NCBI GenBank assembly: GCA_963839205.1
Contig: CAWITU010000001.1
Location: forward strand, 4,643-68,642
DNA length: 64,000 bases
Origin: an uncultured bacterium
GTDB taxonomy: Bacteria > Patescibacteriota > Minisyncoccia > Phycocordibacterales > CAWITU01
Direction of reading: 5' to 3'
Below, piece after piece: positions 34,950 through 43,671 of this stretch (position 1 is the stretch's first letter; each line of letters begins with the position of its first letter). Under the pieces are notes generated by a model that saw only the letters and a list, made by a program, of their open reading frames with translations, made no database searches and was not told where the DNA came from. Made by a program: the position numbers and the translations under genes.

Positions 34950-35567
34950 ATGAAATTTATCCTTGGAACAAAACAGAATATGACACAAGTCTTTAATGAT
35001 AAAGGCGAAGTTTTGCCTGCAACAATTGTGTCAATCAGCCCTACGATTGTGACCCAGATAAAGTCCAAGGAAGTTGATGGTTATAGCGCTGTTCAAGTGG
35101 GATATGGAAAGAAGAGTCCTAAGAAAATTTCTAAATCAGTCAAAGGTCACACTAAAGAGCTTGGCAATTTCATGAACATTAAAGAATTTAGACTCGAAGG
35201 AGAAAATTCTTTTAAAGTTGGTGATACTGTCGGCATTGAGACATTCAAAGAGGGAGATGTGGTGACCGTATCAGCAATCTCAAAAGGAAAAGGCTTTCAG
35301 GGTGTGGTTAAACGCCATATGTTTGAAGGTGGTCCAAGAAGTCACGGTCAGAAACACTCAGAAAGAGAACCAGGTTCTATCGGAGGAGGTGGACGTGACG
35401 GTGGTCGTGTAGCGAAAGGTAAGCGCATGGCCGGCAGAATGGGAAGCGATCGAATTACTGTAAAGAATTTGAAAGTTATTCAAATTGATGCAGAAAACAA
35501 AGCTCTACTTGTTAGCGGAGCAATTCCAGGTCGCCGAGGTACTCTTGTTGAAATCAAATCTAATTAA
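34950..35567 (+). CDS. rplC: 50S ribosomal protein L3
   Basis: GTKQNMTQVF.., KGKGFQGVVKRH, GSIGGGG. Confidence 0.97.
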   Translation: MKFILGTKQNMTQVFNDKGEVLPATIVSISPTIVTQIKSKEVDGYSAVQVGYGKKSPKKISKSVKGHTKELGNFMNIKEFRLEGENSFKVGDTVGIETFKEGDVVTVSAISKGKGFQGVVKRHMFEGGPRSHGQKHSEREPGSIGGGGRDGGRVAKGKRMAGRMGSDRITVKNLKVIQIDAENKALLVSGAIPGRRGTLVEIKSN

Positions 35568-35571
35568 TTCC

Positions 35572-36246
35572 ATGGAAACAAAAATCTACAACCAAGAAGG
35601 AAAGAATGCTGGAGAAATAACCTTACCAACTGAAATTTTTGGTTTGCCTTGGAATGCTGACCTTGTTCACCAAGTTGTTCACTCAATGCTTTCTTCACGC
35701 AGAACTCCTGTCGCTCACACGAAAACTCGTGGTGAGGTAAGAGGAGGAGGAAAGAAGCCATGGCAACAGAAGGGAACTGGACGTGCTCGTCACGGTTCAA
35801 CTAGATCTCCGATTTGGGTAGGTGGAGGTGTTACACATGGTCCAAGAAATGATAAGAATTACGATCGTAAGGTTAACAGAAAGATGAAAGCAAAAGCTTT
35901 GTTTGTTCTTCTTTCTAAAAAACTTCGTGATGGTGAAATCCTTTTCATGGATAAAATCGCTTTTAAGGAACCAAAGGCAAAACAAGGGCTTGAAGTCATG
36001 AAGAACATGAGCTCAATCGCTGGTTTTGAGAAGATGGTCTCAAAAAGAAAGAACAGTGCTTACATCGCATTAGCTGAAAAGGAAGCAAAGGTTGTTAAAA
36101 GCTTCCAGAACTTCGGTAATGTTGAAGTAGCTTCAGTTAAAGATATTAATCCTGCTGACATTTTGAATTACAAATATTTAGTTATCACTAATCCAAAAGA
36201 TTCCGTAGCTTTCCTATTGAATAAGATGGTAAATAAGAGCGCATAA
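35572..36246 (+). CDS. rplD: 50S ribosomal protein L4
   Basis: TRGEVRGGGKKPWQQKGTGRARHGS. I place the start at METKIY (35572). Confidence 0.95.
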   Translation: METKIYNQEGKNAGEITLPTEIFGLPWNADLVHQVVHSMLSSRRTPVAHTKTRGEVRGGGKKPWQQKGTGRARHGSTRSPIWVGGGVTHGPRNDKNYDRKVNRKMKAKALFVLLSKKLRDGEILFMDKIAFKEPKAKQGLEVMKNMSSIAGFEKMVSKRKNSAYIALAEKEAKVVKSFQNFGNVEVASVKDINPADILNYKYLVITNPKDSVAFLLNKMVNKSA

Positions 36247-36255
36247 TAAATTTCC

Positions 36256-36564
36256 ATGGCTACCAAAACCAAAACAACCGAAACAGTTAAAAAAGAAGTA
36301 ATGCTTATAAAGCCTTACATTACTGAAAAGAGTAATGCATTAGTGGAAACTACAAATGTTTATACTTTTGAAGTTCTTACTGGTGCCAATAAGAAAAATA
36401 TTGGTTTTGCAGTTCAGAAAATGTATAAAGTTACACCAACTAAAATTTCAATCGCTAAAAACCCAGCTAAGAAAGTTTTTGCGAGAGGAAAAGTTGGATC
36501 AAAGCCAGGAGTTACCAAGGCGTATGTGTATCTTAAGAAAGGGGATAAGATTGAATTCGTTTAA
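36256..36564 (+). CDS. rplW: 50S ribosomal protein L23
   Basis: Position in the operon, plus ..YTFEV...ANKKNI..AV.KMYKV. Confidence 0.93.
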   Translation: MATKTKTTETVKKEVMLIKPYITEKSNALVETTNVYTFEVLTGANKKNIGFAVQKMYKVTPTKISIAKNPAKKVFARGKVGSKPGVTKAYVYLKKGDKIEFV

Positions 36565-36578
36565 TTTTTAATACTGAT

Positions 36579-37422
36579 ATGAAAAGCTATAAACCAACAT
36601 CAAAATCACGCCGATCAATGACCACGATTTCATTCCGTGGAATTGTTACAGCCGATAAGCCACATAAATCTCTAACAGGAGGATTCAAAAGATCTGTTGG
36701 TAGAAACCATCACGGCAGAATTACTGTTCGACACAAAGGAGGTGGTCACAAGAGACTTTACCGAGATGTCGATTTTGTTTATGACAAAAAAGATATTCCA
36801 GCCAAGATTTTGACAGTTGAATATGACCCAAACAGATCTGGTTTTATTTCACTAGTTGCATATAAAGATGGAGAGAAGAGATACGTTCTTCTTCCAAAGA
36901 CAGTTAAGGTTGGAGATAGCTTCCTTAGTTTCTGAAAAAGCAGAAGTTAAAGTTGGAAACAGACTTCCACTTAGAAATATTCCAGTTGGTGCTTTTGTAT
37001 ACAATGTTGAAATCAAACCAGGTGCTGGTGCTAGAATGGCGCGCGCCGCAGGTAACTTCGCTGAAATTGTTGCTCAAGACGGAGGCTATACTCAAATCAA
37101 GATGCCTTCAACAGAAATCAGAAAAATTATTGATACCTCTTGGGCATCCATCGGTGAAGTTTCAAAAGATGAAAACCGACTTCAGAATTACGGTAAGGCT
37201 GGAAAGAGTCGTTGGAAAGGTATTAGACCTACAGTTAGAGGTACTGCGATGAACCCAGTAGACCACCCACACGGAGGAGGAGAAGGACGACAGGGACGAG
37301 GACGAAGACGAGCCGTATCTATGTGGGGTAAGCCTACAGGAAAGGGTCAGAAGTCACGCCGATCAAAGAAATACTCAAATAAATTCATTATCTCAAGGCG
37401 AAAAGTGGGGAAGAATAAATAA
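36579..37422 (+). CDS. rplB: 50S ribosomal protein L2, one frameshift near 36915-36935
   Basis: The 36579 ORF ends ..VKVGDSFLSF*. The L2 sequence continues in another frame as VSEKAEVKVGNRLPLRNIPVG..GTAMNPVDHPHGGGEG. Confidence 0.93.
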
Positions 37423-37435
37423 TCTAAACGAAAAA

Positions 37436-37463
37436 CAGCTGGCGTTGCGCCAGCTGTTTTTTT
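37436..37463 (+). terminator. rho-independent terminator directly after rplB
   Basis: CAGCTGGCG-TTG-CGCCAGCTG is followed by TTTTTTT. Confidence 0.8.
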
Positions 37464-37473
37464 GTGATATAAT
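37445..37473 (+). promoter_or_regulatory. promoter TTGCGC-17 nt-TGaTATAAT overlapping the rplB terminator
   Basis: TTGCGC lies at 37445-37450 and TATAAT at 37468-37473, preceded by TG. Confidence 0.55.
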
Positions 37474-37498
37474 ACTGAAAAACAGAAAGGACTACATT

Positions 37499-37996
37499 AT
37501 GGCAAATAATTTGCCCAAACATCCGAGTCGGGAACAAGCCGCCGCAGATTATGCCGCAGATCTTTGGAATAAAAGAAAGAAAACTCTTATCAACGTGCCA
37601 CAAGAAGTGCACGACAATGCCTTCAAGGCCTGTGTTCGTACAGCCACTGAACATTGGGGCGAAAATCGATTTGACGATGGTCGTGGTTTGAAATTCTATC
37701 GCACCGTCTACCGGTTGCTATCAAAGCGGTCGAACGATAAGCAGGCGAGGCTTAGGGAATCAACCTATCTTCCTCCTTCGCCGACGGCTGTCGTCAAAGA
37801 AGTTACTGCTTCAGTTTCGAAGGTTTCTCAACCGAAGACAGGCCAGCAGGTCATCCCTGCGGTCTTGTCCCAGGTTCGGAAATCTAAGGTCGAAAAGCCT
37901 CAAAAACGTTATCGGGAAGCGATTAATAAACCCGATATGGTTCAGGAGTTTCTTTCTCTATTTCCCGAAGTCCCTCGTTTGCATTGGGATTTTTAA
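37499..37996 (+). CDS. hypothetical protein (165 aa) inserted between rplB and rpsS, higher GC than flanks
   Basis: MANNLPKHPSREQAAADYAADLW.. It has the RBS AGAAAGGA, its own promoter and its own terminator. No family recognised. Confidence 0.6.
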   Translation: MANNLPKHPSREQAAADYAADLWNKRKKTLINVPQEVHDNAFKACVRTATEHWGENRFDDGRGLKFYRTVYRLLSKRSNDKQARLRESTYLPPSPTAVVKEVTASVSKVSQPKTGQQVIPAVLSQVRKSKVEKPQKRYREAINKPDMVQEFLSLFPEVPRLHWDF

Positions 37997-38006
37997 AGGG
38001 AGAAAT

Positions 38007-38046
38007 CAATTATTGCCCCGCGGTCCGTCCTTTGGACGCCGCGGGG
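38007..38046 (+). terminator. rho-independent terminator GCCCCGCGG..CCGCGGGGC
   Basis: A long GC stem with a TTT loop is followed by TTTGTTT. Confidence 0.8.
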
Positions 38047-38072
38047 CCTTTGTTTATATAGTTTCTCTATTA

Positions 38073-38128
38073 AGGCCGATTTGACACGTCTCTATACATT
38101 CTGTTAGTATCTACCAAAGCTCGAAAGA
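38073..38128 (+). promoter_or_regulatory. rpsS promoter (TTGACA-18 nt-TAGTAT) plus 5'-terminal hairpin AAGCTC-GAAA-GAGCTT + U-tract
   Basis: TTGACA lies at 38073-38078, TAGTAT at 38097-38102 and the hairpin at 38109-38124, followed by TTTT. The ATG is at 38144. Confidence 0.55.
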
Positions 38129-38143
38129 GCTTTTTATTTACTT

Positions 38144-38500
38144 ATGTCACGATCACTAAAGAAAGGTCCATATGTCGAAGAAAGACTCCTCAAAAAAATT
38201 GAGGGGAAAAAGCCCTTGGAAACTGGGGTCATTAAGACATGGGCAAGACGAAGTCAGATTTCACCAGAAATGGTTGGTTTCACTTTTGGTGTTCACAACG
38301 GTAAAAATCATATTGAGGTTTTAGTTTCAGAAGATATGGTTGGACACAGACTAGGTGAATTTTCACCTTCAAAGAAATTCTTAAGACACGGAGGAAAAAT
38401 GCAGAAGGAATTGGAAGCTGCTAAGAAGGAATCTGAAATTAATGCTGCTAAGGCCGCTAAAGCTACAACTGAAGCTTCCTCTACAGCCCCTAAGAAATAA
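38144..38500 (+). CDS. rpsS: 30S ribosomal protein S19 with ~25-aa Lys/Ala/Glu-rich C-terminal extension
   Basis: [11 protein letters not shown].., VHNGK..., GHRLGEF. Confidence 0.95.
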   Translation: MSRSLKKGPYVEERLLKKIEGKKPLETGVIKTWARRSQISPEMVGFTFGVHNGKNHIEVLVSEDMVGHRLGEFSPSKKFLRHGGKMQKELEAAKKESEINAAKAAKATTEASSTAPKK

Positions 38501-38508
38501 TAAATATC

Positions 38509-38859
38509 ATGAAAGCCTCTCTTAACACACACCGACAGTCACCAAGAAAAGTTCGCATCGTTGCTGATCTTATTAGAGGCAAAAGCGTTGATAATGCAAT
38601 TGCAGCTCTTAAATTTGCAGATAAGCGCGCTGCCCCTATTATTGAGAAACTTTTGAAATCAGCAGCTGACAATGCTAGAAATAATGATAATGTTGAATCT
38701 TCAGATTTGATTGTTAAGGCAGTTACTGTAAACAAAGGACCAACATTCAAAAGAATGATGCCAAGAGCACGAGGCTCAGGTTTTAGAATTAATAAAAGAA
38801 CCAGCCATATTGATATTACTTTAGAAGCTAAGGCTCCAAAGGCGAAGGCTAAAAAATAA
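38509..38859 (+). CDS. rplV: 50S ribosomal protein L22
   Basis: SPRKVRIVADLIRGK.., MPRARGSGFRINKRTSHI. Confidence 0.95.
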   Translation: MKASLNTHRQSPRKVRIVADLIRGKSVDNAIAALKFADKRAAPIIEKLLKSAADNARNNDNVESSDLIVKAVTVNKGPTFKRMMPRARGSGFRINKRTSHIDITLEAKAPKAKAKK

Positions 38860-38862
38860 ACC

Positions 38863-39520
38863 ATGTCACACACCGTACATCCATATTCACATAGATTGGG
38901 AATCATCCGCGACTGGAAAAGCCGTTGGTTTGGTGTTAACCAGAAATATCGAGATAATTTAAAGGGTGATATTCTCATTAGACAATTTTTGGAGAAAAAA
39001 CTTCGTGGTCAATACATTAGTTCTATTGAATTTGAAAGAAGTCAGAAGACTTTTAGAATAATTATCAAAACTTCGACGACCTGGCGTTATTATCGGCAGA
39101 AGTGGAGAAGGTGCCGTAAAACTTCGAAATGAAATTTTGAAAGAAATTCATCGCTTAGGACTAAACCAAAGAGAAGAACTCAAAGTAGATGTTGAGGAAG
39201 TTAGATCACCAGAAGCCAATGCCGCTATTGTTGCTCAAATGGTTGCTGAAGGACTTGAAAAGCGTTTGCCATTCCGAAGAGTTATGAAGCAGACGGTTGA
39301 TAAGGTTATGGCTAATAGGGAAGTTAAGGGAGTTAGAATTTTCCTTGGAGGACGACTCGGTGGTGCTGAAATGGCCCGCAGTGAAGACCTTAAGAAAGGA
39401 CGAGTTCCACTTCAGACTTTCCGTGCCGACATTGATTTTGCCAAATACGAAGCTAATATGACCTACGGTAATATTGGTATTAAGATTTGGATTTATAAGG
39501 GAGAGATTTTTGATAAATAA
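38863..39520 (+). CDS. rpsC: 30S ribosomal protein S3, one frameshift near 39072-39080
   Basis: HPYSHRLGIIRDWKSRWF.. then ..IIIKTS|RPGVIIGRSGEGAVKLRNEILKEI.. continues in the frame of the 39137 ORF (GGRLGGAEMAR). Confidence 0.93.
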
Positions 39521-39525
39521 TTACC

Positions 39526-39948
39526 ATGCTTCTTCCTAAAAAAGTTAAATTTCGAAAATGGCAGACTGGCAGACGAAACCCAAAGAGGGTAGGTCAATCT
39601 GATCGTGGATCTACGCTTGCCTTCGGTTCTTATGGTCTTAAAGCTACTTCGTCTCATCGCATCAAATCAAATCAGTTAGAGGCTGCTAGAAAGGCAATGG
39701 CGAGACTTGTAAGTAAGACTGGTAAGATGTGGATTAGAATTTTCCCGGATAGACCTTTCACTGCAAAGCCACCAGAAGTTAAGCTTGGTAAAGGAAAAGG
39801 AGATCCACAGGGTTATTGCATTGAAGTCTGGCCAGGACGCATCATTTTTGAAGTTGATGGTATTGAAAGAGCTGTTGCGCTCGAAGCTTTGAGAAAGGCT
39901 GGAACCAAACTTCCAATTAAGACAAAGATTATCACTCGTACTCATTAA
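39526..39948 (+). CDS. rplP: 50S ribosomal protein L16
   Basis: MLLPKKVKFRK.., RIFPDRPFTAKP, KGKGDP. Confidence 0.97.
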   Translation: MLLPKKVKFRKWQTGRRNPKRVGQSDRGSTLAFGSYGLKATSSHRIKSNQLEAARKAMARLVSKTGKMWIRIFPDRPFTAKPPEVKLGKGKGDPQGYCIEVWPGRIIFEVDGIERAVALEALRKAGTKLPIKTKIITRTH

Positions 39949-39953
39949 TTATC

Positions 39954-40220
39954 ATGGCTAAAACTACAGAAAAAAAACAAATAGCAGAAATAAAGAAAGC
40001 TAGAACTCTCAAGGGAGTTGTGGTGTCTGACAAGATGAAAGACACAGCTGTTGTTTTGGTACAAAACTACGTTAAGCATCCAAAGTACGAAAAATTCATG
40101 AAGAAGAGCAAGAAATACAAAGCTCATAATCCAGGAAATACAGTAAAAATTGGAGACCTAGTTGTTATTGCTGAATGCCGACCAATTTCAAAAGATAAAC
40201 ATTTCGTAATCGTTAAATAA
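39954..40220 (+). CDS. rpsQ: 30S ribosomal protein S17
   Basis: LKGVVVSDKMKDTAVVLV..HPKYEKF..YKAHN. It lies only 5 nt after rplP, so there is no room for rpmC. Confidence 0.95.
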   Translation: MAKTTEKKQIAEIKKARTLKGVVVSDKMKDTAVVLVQNYVKHPKYEKFMKKSKKYKAHNPGNTVKIGDLVVIAECRPISKDKHFVIVK

Positions 40221-40221
40221 T

Positions 40222-40593
40222 ATGATACAGCCAAGATCAATCGTGAATATAACTGATAATTCCGGCGCAAAGATTGGAAGAATTTTCAAAGTGCTCGGTG
40301 CTTCCAAGAAACGTTATGCTTCAATCGGTGAAGTCGTAGTACTTTCAGTACAAAAAGCTGAACCTCGAAAGGCAGTTAAGAAGAAAGACGTTCTCCATGC
40401 CGTTGTCGTTCGCCAGAAACAACCATTCCGAAGAAAAGATGGATCTTACATTCGTTTTGATGAGAACGCAGTTGTTATTATTGAAAAAGGAAAGTTGGAA
40501 CCAATTGCAGGACGTATTTTCGGTCCAATTCCAAGAGAATTAGCTGAGCTCGGTTATCAGACAATCGCTTCAAAAGCACCTGAGGTTGTTTAA
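40222..40593 (+). CDS. rplN: 50S ribosomal protein L14
   Basis: MIQPRSIVNITDNSGAK.., IRFDENAVV. Confidence 0.97.
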   Translation: MIQPRSIVNITDNSGAKIGRIFKVLGASKKRYASIGEVVVLSVQKAEPRKAVKKKDVLHAVVVRQKQPFRRKDGSYIRFDENAVVIIEKGKLEPIAGRIFGPIPRELAELGYQTIASKAPEVV

Positions 40594-40608
40594 ATTCGAA
40601 ATACCAAC

Positions 40609-40917
40609 ATGAAAATCAAAAAAGGCGACAACATAATAGTGATTTCTGGAAAAGATAAAGGCAAGCAAGGAAAAGTTTCCGAAGCTTATCCTGCTGAGAA
40701 TCGGATTCTTGTTCCAAATATAAATGTTCACAAGAAACACCAGAGGGCAACCAAAGGTGGTGAGAAAGGCAAGATTATTGATAAAGCTTTTCCAATTCAT
40801 GTATCAAATGCGATGGTTCTTGATAGCGGTGGAAACAGAACACGAGTTGGATTTAAGAAAGTAGGGGATAAGAAAATAAGAGTTGCTAAAACTACTGGTG
40901 GAGAAATTAAACAATAA
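40609..40917 (+). CDS. rplX: 50S ribosomal protein L24
   Basis: MKIKKGDNIIVISGKDKGKQGKV (KOW motif). Confidence 0.95.
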   Translation: MKIKKGDNIIVISGKDKGKQGKVSEAYPAENRILVPNINVHKKHQRATKGGEKGKIIDKAFPIHVSNAMVLDSGGNRTRVGFKKVGDKKIRVAKTTGGEIKQ

Positions 40918-40936
40918 ATAGTTTGTAATTAATACG

Positions 40937-41486
40937 ATGAAAAAGACAATTTCAATCAAAGAAAAAATAAAAGATTCATACGGAGCCCTTAAGGCAGAAT
41001 TTGGTTGGAAAAATATCATGCAAGCTCCAAAGGTTCTTAAGGTTGTCGTAAATTCCGGTACTGGATCAGTTAAAGATAAAAACAAAAAAATCTTAATTGG
41101 AGACAGACTTACAAAAATCACTGGCCAGAAGGCCGCAGAAAGAGGTGCTAAGCAATCAATTGCTAACTTCAAGGTTAGACAAGGTGATGTTGTTGGTTAT
41201 CAGGTGACTCTAAGAGGGGACAGAATGCTTTCTTTCCTAGATAAGGTGGTTAACATCGCTCTTCCTAGAACTAAAGACTTTAGAGGTCTAAAGGCCAGTG
41301 CTATTGATGAAATGGGTAACTACACTCTTGGTATTAAGGAGCACACAGTATTTCCTGAAACTTCAGACGAAGATTTGAAAGATGTTTTTGGATTGAGCAT
41401 GACTGTTGTAACTTCTTCAAAAAACGCTAAAGAAACTAAAGGCATTTTTGACCCATCTCGGTTTTCCTTTTAAGGTTGAGAAATAA
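40937..41486 (+). CDS. rplE: 50S ribosomal protein L5, one frameshift near 41438-41443
   Basis: The track ORF ends ..AKETKGIFDPSRFSF*. Shifting one base gives the expected ..AKETK-AFLTHLGFPFKVEK* ending at 41486. Confidence 0.92.
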
Positions 41487-41499
41487 TCAATAATGAAAA

Positions 41500-41528
41500 G
41501 GGCCTCCGCCTTAGGCGGAGGCCCTTTT
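41500..41528 (+). terminator. rho-independent terminator GGGCCTCCGCC-TTA-GGCGGAGGCCC
   Basis: A perfect 11-bp stem is followed by TTTT. Confidence 0.85.
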
Positions 41529-41549
41529 CATATTTGCTATAATAGTGCC

Positions 41550-42074
41550 ATGAGAAAATTTGAAGCAATTGTAACCATCGTTTTAATAGTTATTGTCTTA
41601 GTTGCGGCCCTATTTTGGGAACACCGCAGTGTAAATGCCCCAGTTATGCCAATTGTTAAAGGTTTAACTTTGTCTGATATTCAAAATACCTCTTATGAGG
41701 GAACCGAACTTATAAATGGTAGTTCAACCCAAGATTTCTTTCATTATGATTTAAGTAGTTATGCTTTAGGAGACTTGAATAGAGATGGTCTTCAGGATGC
41801 AGCTGTAGTTGTTACTGTAACCGGCGCCGATTCATCCGATTTCCTATACGTAGTAATGGATTTGAATGGTATTGCTTCATCCACTCCTGTTTCTATCCCC
41901 ATGAGACAAGGAGAGTCCTATGCTAGAAATATAAAAGTAGATTCAATCAGTAACGGTATTATTACTCTAGACCTTGATATTGCTTCACCTACCGATCCTC
42001 ATTGTTGCCCTTCAATCCAAGCAACAAGGGAATACGCATTTGTCGGAAATACCCTCAGGGAAGTAATCCAATAG
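41550..42074 (+). CDS. membrane-anchored hypothetical protein inserted between rplE and rpsN (leaderless start)
   Basis: TGcTATAAT (41535-41543) lies 6 nt before the ATG. It has the N-terminal TM segment AIVTIVLIVIVLVAALF, a DLNRDGLQD Ca-binding/FG-GAP-like motif and host-like GC. Confidence 0.6.
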   Translation: MRKFEAIVTIVLIVIVLVAALFWEHRSVNAPVMPIVKGLTLSDIQNTSYEGTELINGSSTQDFFHYDLSSYALGDLNRDGLQDAAVVVTVTGADSSDFLYVVMDLNGIASSTPVSIPMRQGESYARNIKVDSISNGIITLDLDIASPTDPHCCPSIQATREYAFVGNTLREVIQ

Positions 42075-42114
42075 GACAATAATTTCCCCTAATAATCTGT
42101 ATGATTATGGCGAT

Positions 42115-42175
42115 TTGACTTTGAAAAGCCTGCCTGATAGGATGAAGGCCACGCTTTTTGAGAAAGCGTTTTCAT
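42115..42175 (+). promoter_or_regulatory. rpsN promoter (TTGACT-17 nt-TAGGAT) plus 5'-terminal hairpin ACGCTTT-TTGAG-AAAGCGT + U-tract
   Basis: TTGACT lies at 42115-42120, TAGGAT at 42138-42143 and the hairpin at 42151-42169. The ATG is at 42179. Confidence 0.55.
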
Positions 42176-42178
42176 TTT

Positions 42179-42364
42179 ATGGCCAAGACATCAGTAAGAG
42201 CTAGAGCTCTAAAAAAGCCAAAATTTGCCTCCCGCGTCGTCCGACGTTGTTTTAGATGCGCTAGAAAGCGTGGATATATGAGGGATTTTGATATGTGTCG
42301 TATTTGTTTTAGAGAAGCTGCTAACGAAGGCCGAATTCCAGGCATCAAAAAATCATCATGGTAA
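42179..42364 (+). CDS. rpsN: 30S ribosomal protein S14, zinc-ribbon (type Z) form
   Basis: 61 aa with CFRC..CRIC. Confidence 0.93.
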   Translation: MAKTSVRARALKKPKFASRVVRRCFRCARKRGYMRDFDMCRICFREAANEGRIPGIKKSSW

Positions 42365-42750
42365 AAGATTCAATCGCCAACCTAATAAGTAATCTTAAGA
42401 ATGCTAACAAAGCTGGACATGAAACAGCTACTTTTCCATATTCCGCTATGAACCTTTCAATTCTAGAAATTCTTGCTAAAAACGGAATGGTTGGAGCAGT
42501 AGCAAGAAAAGGAAAGATGGGACCCCACTTGATCGAAGCGGGGCTTGTTTATGAAGGAAAACTTCCAAAGATTCAGGATGTTAAGAGAATCTCAACTTTT
42601 TCAAAGAGAATTTATAAAGGAGCCAAAGAATTAAAGCCAGTTAAAAGCGGTTTTGGTTTGTCAGTTGTATCAACCTCAAAAGGAATTATGACTGATAGCG
42701 AAGCTAGAAAGGCTAAGCTTGGAGGCGAAGTTTTATTTTCAATTTGGTAA
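42358..42750 (+). CDS. rpsH: 30S ribosomal protein S8
   Basis: DSIANLISNLKNA.., position in the operon, ..GGEVLFSIW. Confidence 0.95.
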   Translation: MVKDSIANLISNLKNANKAGHETATFPYSAMNLSILEILAKNGMVGAVARKGKMGPHLIEAGLVYEGKLPKIQDVKRISTFSKRIYKGAKELKPVKSGFGLSVVSTSKGIMTDSEARKAKLGGEVLFSIW

Positions 42751-42759
42751 TTAAAAAAT

Positions 42760-43296
42760 ATGTCACGAATCGGCCGAAAACAAATTAAAATTCCTGAAAA
42801 GACTGAAATTACAATTTCAGCTGATGGCGTCGTTTCTGTGAAGGGACCAAAAGGAGAAATTTCAAAAAACTTTAAACCAGAAATTGAAATTAAGGTTGAA
42901 GGAGATATCGTTTCTCTTTTACCAAAGGCAGCAAGTCTTGAGAGTAGTGCTCTTTGGGGAACATATTCATCTCACATTCAAAATATGATTGCTGGGGTCA
43001 ATAATCCTTTTGTGAAGAAGCTTATTCTTGAAGGTATTGGTTACAAAGGGGAAGTTGCCGGAGAAAATCTTAATTTGAGCCTTGGTTTGTCACATCCAGT
43101 AAAGATAAAAATTCCAAAGGGTATTACAGTCTTGATTGAAAAAGGAGTTTTCACTTTTACTGGATTTGATAAAGAAGTATTAACCAGCTTTGCTGCTGAA
43201 ATCCGTTCACTCAAAAAGCCTGAACCATATAAAGGAAAGGGTTTTAGATATGATGGTGAAATCATCAAGAGAAAGCAGGGTAAGAAATCTGTTTAA
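42760..43296 (+). CDS. rplF: 50S ribosomal protein L6
   Basis: MSRIGRKQIKIP.., EPYKGKGFRY. Confidence 0.96.
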   Translation: MSRIGRKQIKIPEKTEITISADGVVSVKGPKGEISKNFKPEIEIKVEGDIVSLLPKAASLESSALWGTYSSHIQNMIAGVNNPFVKKLILEGIGYKGEVAGENLNLSLGLSHPVKIKIPKGITVLIEKGVFTFTGFDKEVLTSFAAEIRSLKKPEPYKGKGFRYDGEIIKRKQGKKSV

Positions 43297-43310
43297 TCTA
43301 TATTATTTTC

Positions 43311-43664
43311 ATGAAAACAAACCTCAAAACAATCAAAAGAGAAATAAGACAGAAAAGAATCAGATCAAAAGTTTCTGGTACTGCAGAACGACCACGTCTT
43401 TCTGTTTTCAAATCGAATCGATATATTTCAGCTCAGCTCATTGATGATGATAAAGGTGTAACTATCGCTTCCTTTTCTTCAATCACACTTAAAGGAAAGA
43501 AAGATGGAAAGATAAGTCCTGCTTCAGCTGTTGGAACTGAGATCGCAAAAGCTGGTAAGGCTAAGGGCGTGAAGAAAGTTACATTTGATAGAGGTGGTTA
43601 TATTTACACCGGTCAGATTAAGGAAGTAGCCGATTCTGCAAGATCTGGAGGATTAGATTTTTAA
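43311..43664 (+). CDS. rplR: 50S ribosomal protein L18
   Basis: RPRLSVFKSNRYISAQLIDD.., FDRGGYIYTGQIKEVADSAR. Confidence 0.95.
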   Translation: MKTNLKTIKREIRQKRIRSKVSGTAERPRLSVFKSNRYISAQLIDDDKGVTIASFSSITLKGKKDGKISPASAVGTEIAKAGKAKGVKKVTFDRGGYIYTGQIKEVADSARSGGLDF

Positions 43665-43671
43665 TATTATT

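Noticed and set aside
38490-38978. I noted a 162-aa minus-strand ORF over rplV/rpsC. Similar antisense ORFs occur at 43653-44081, 40804-41172 and 44720-45034.
   Set aside because: All of them are antisense shadows of ribosomal-protein genes.
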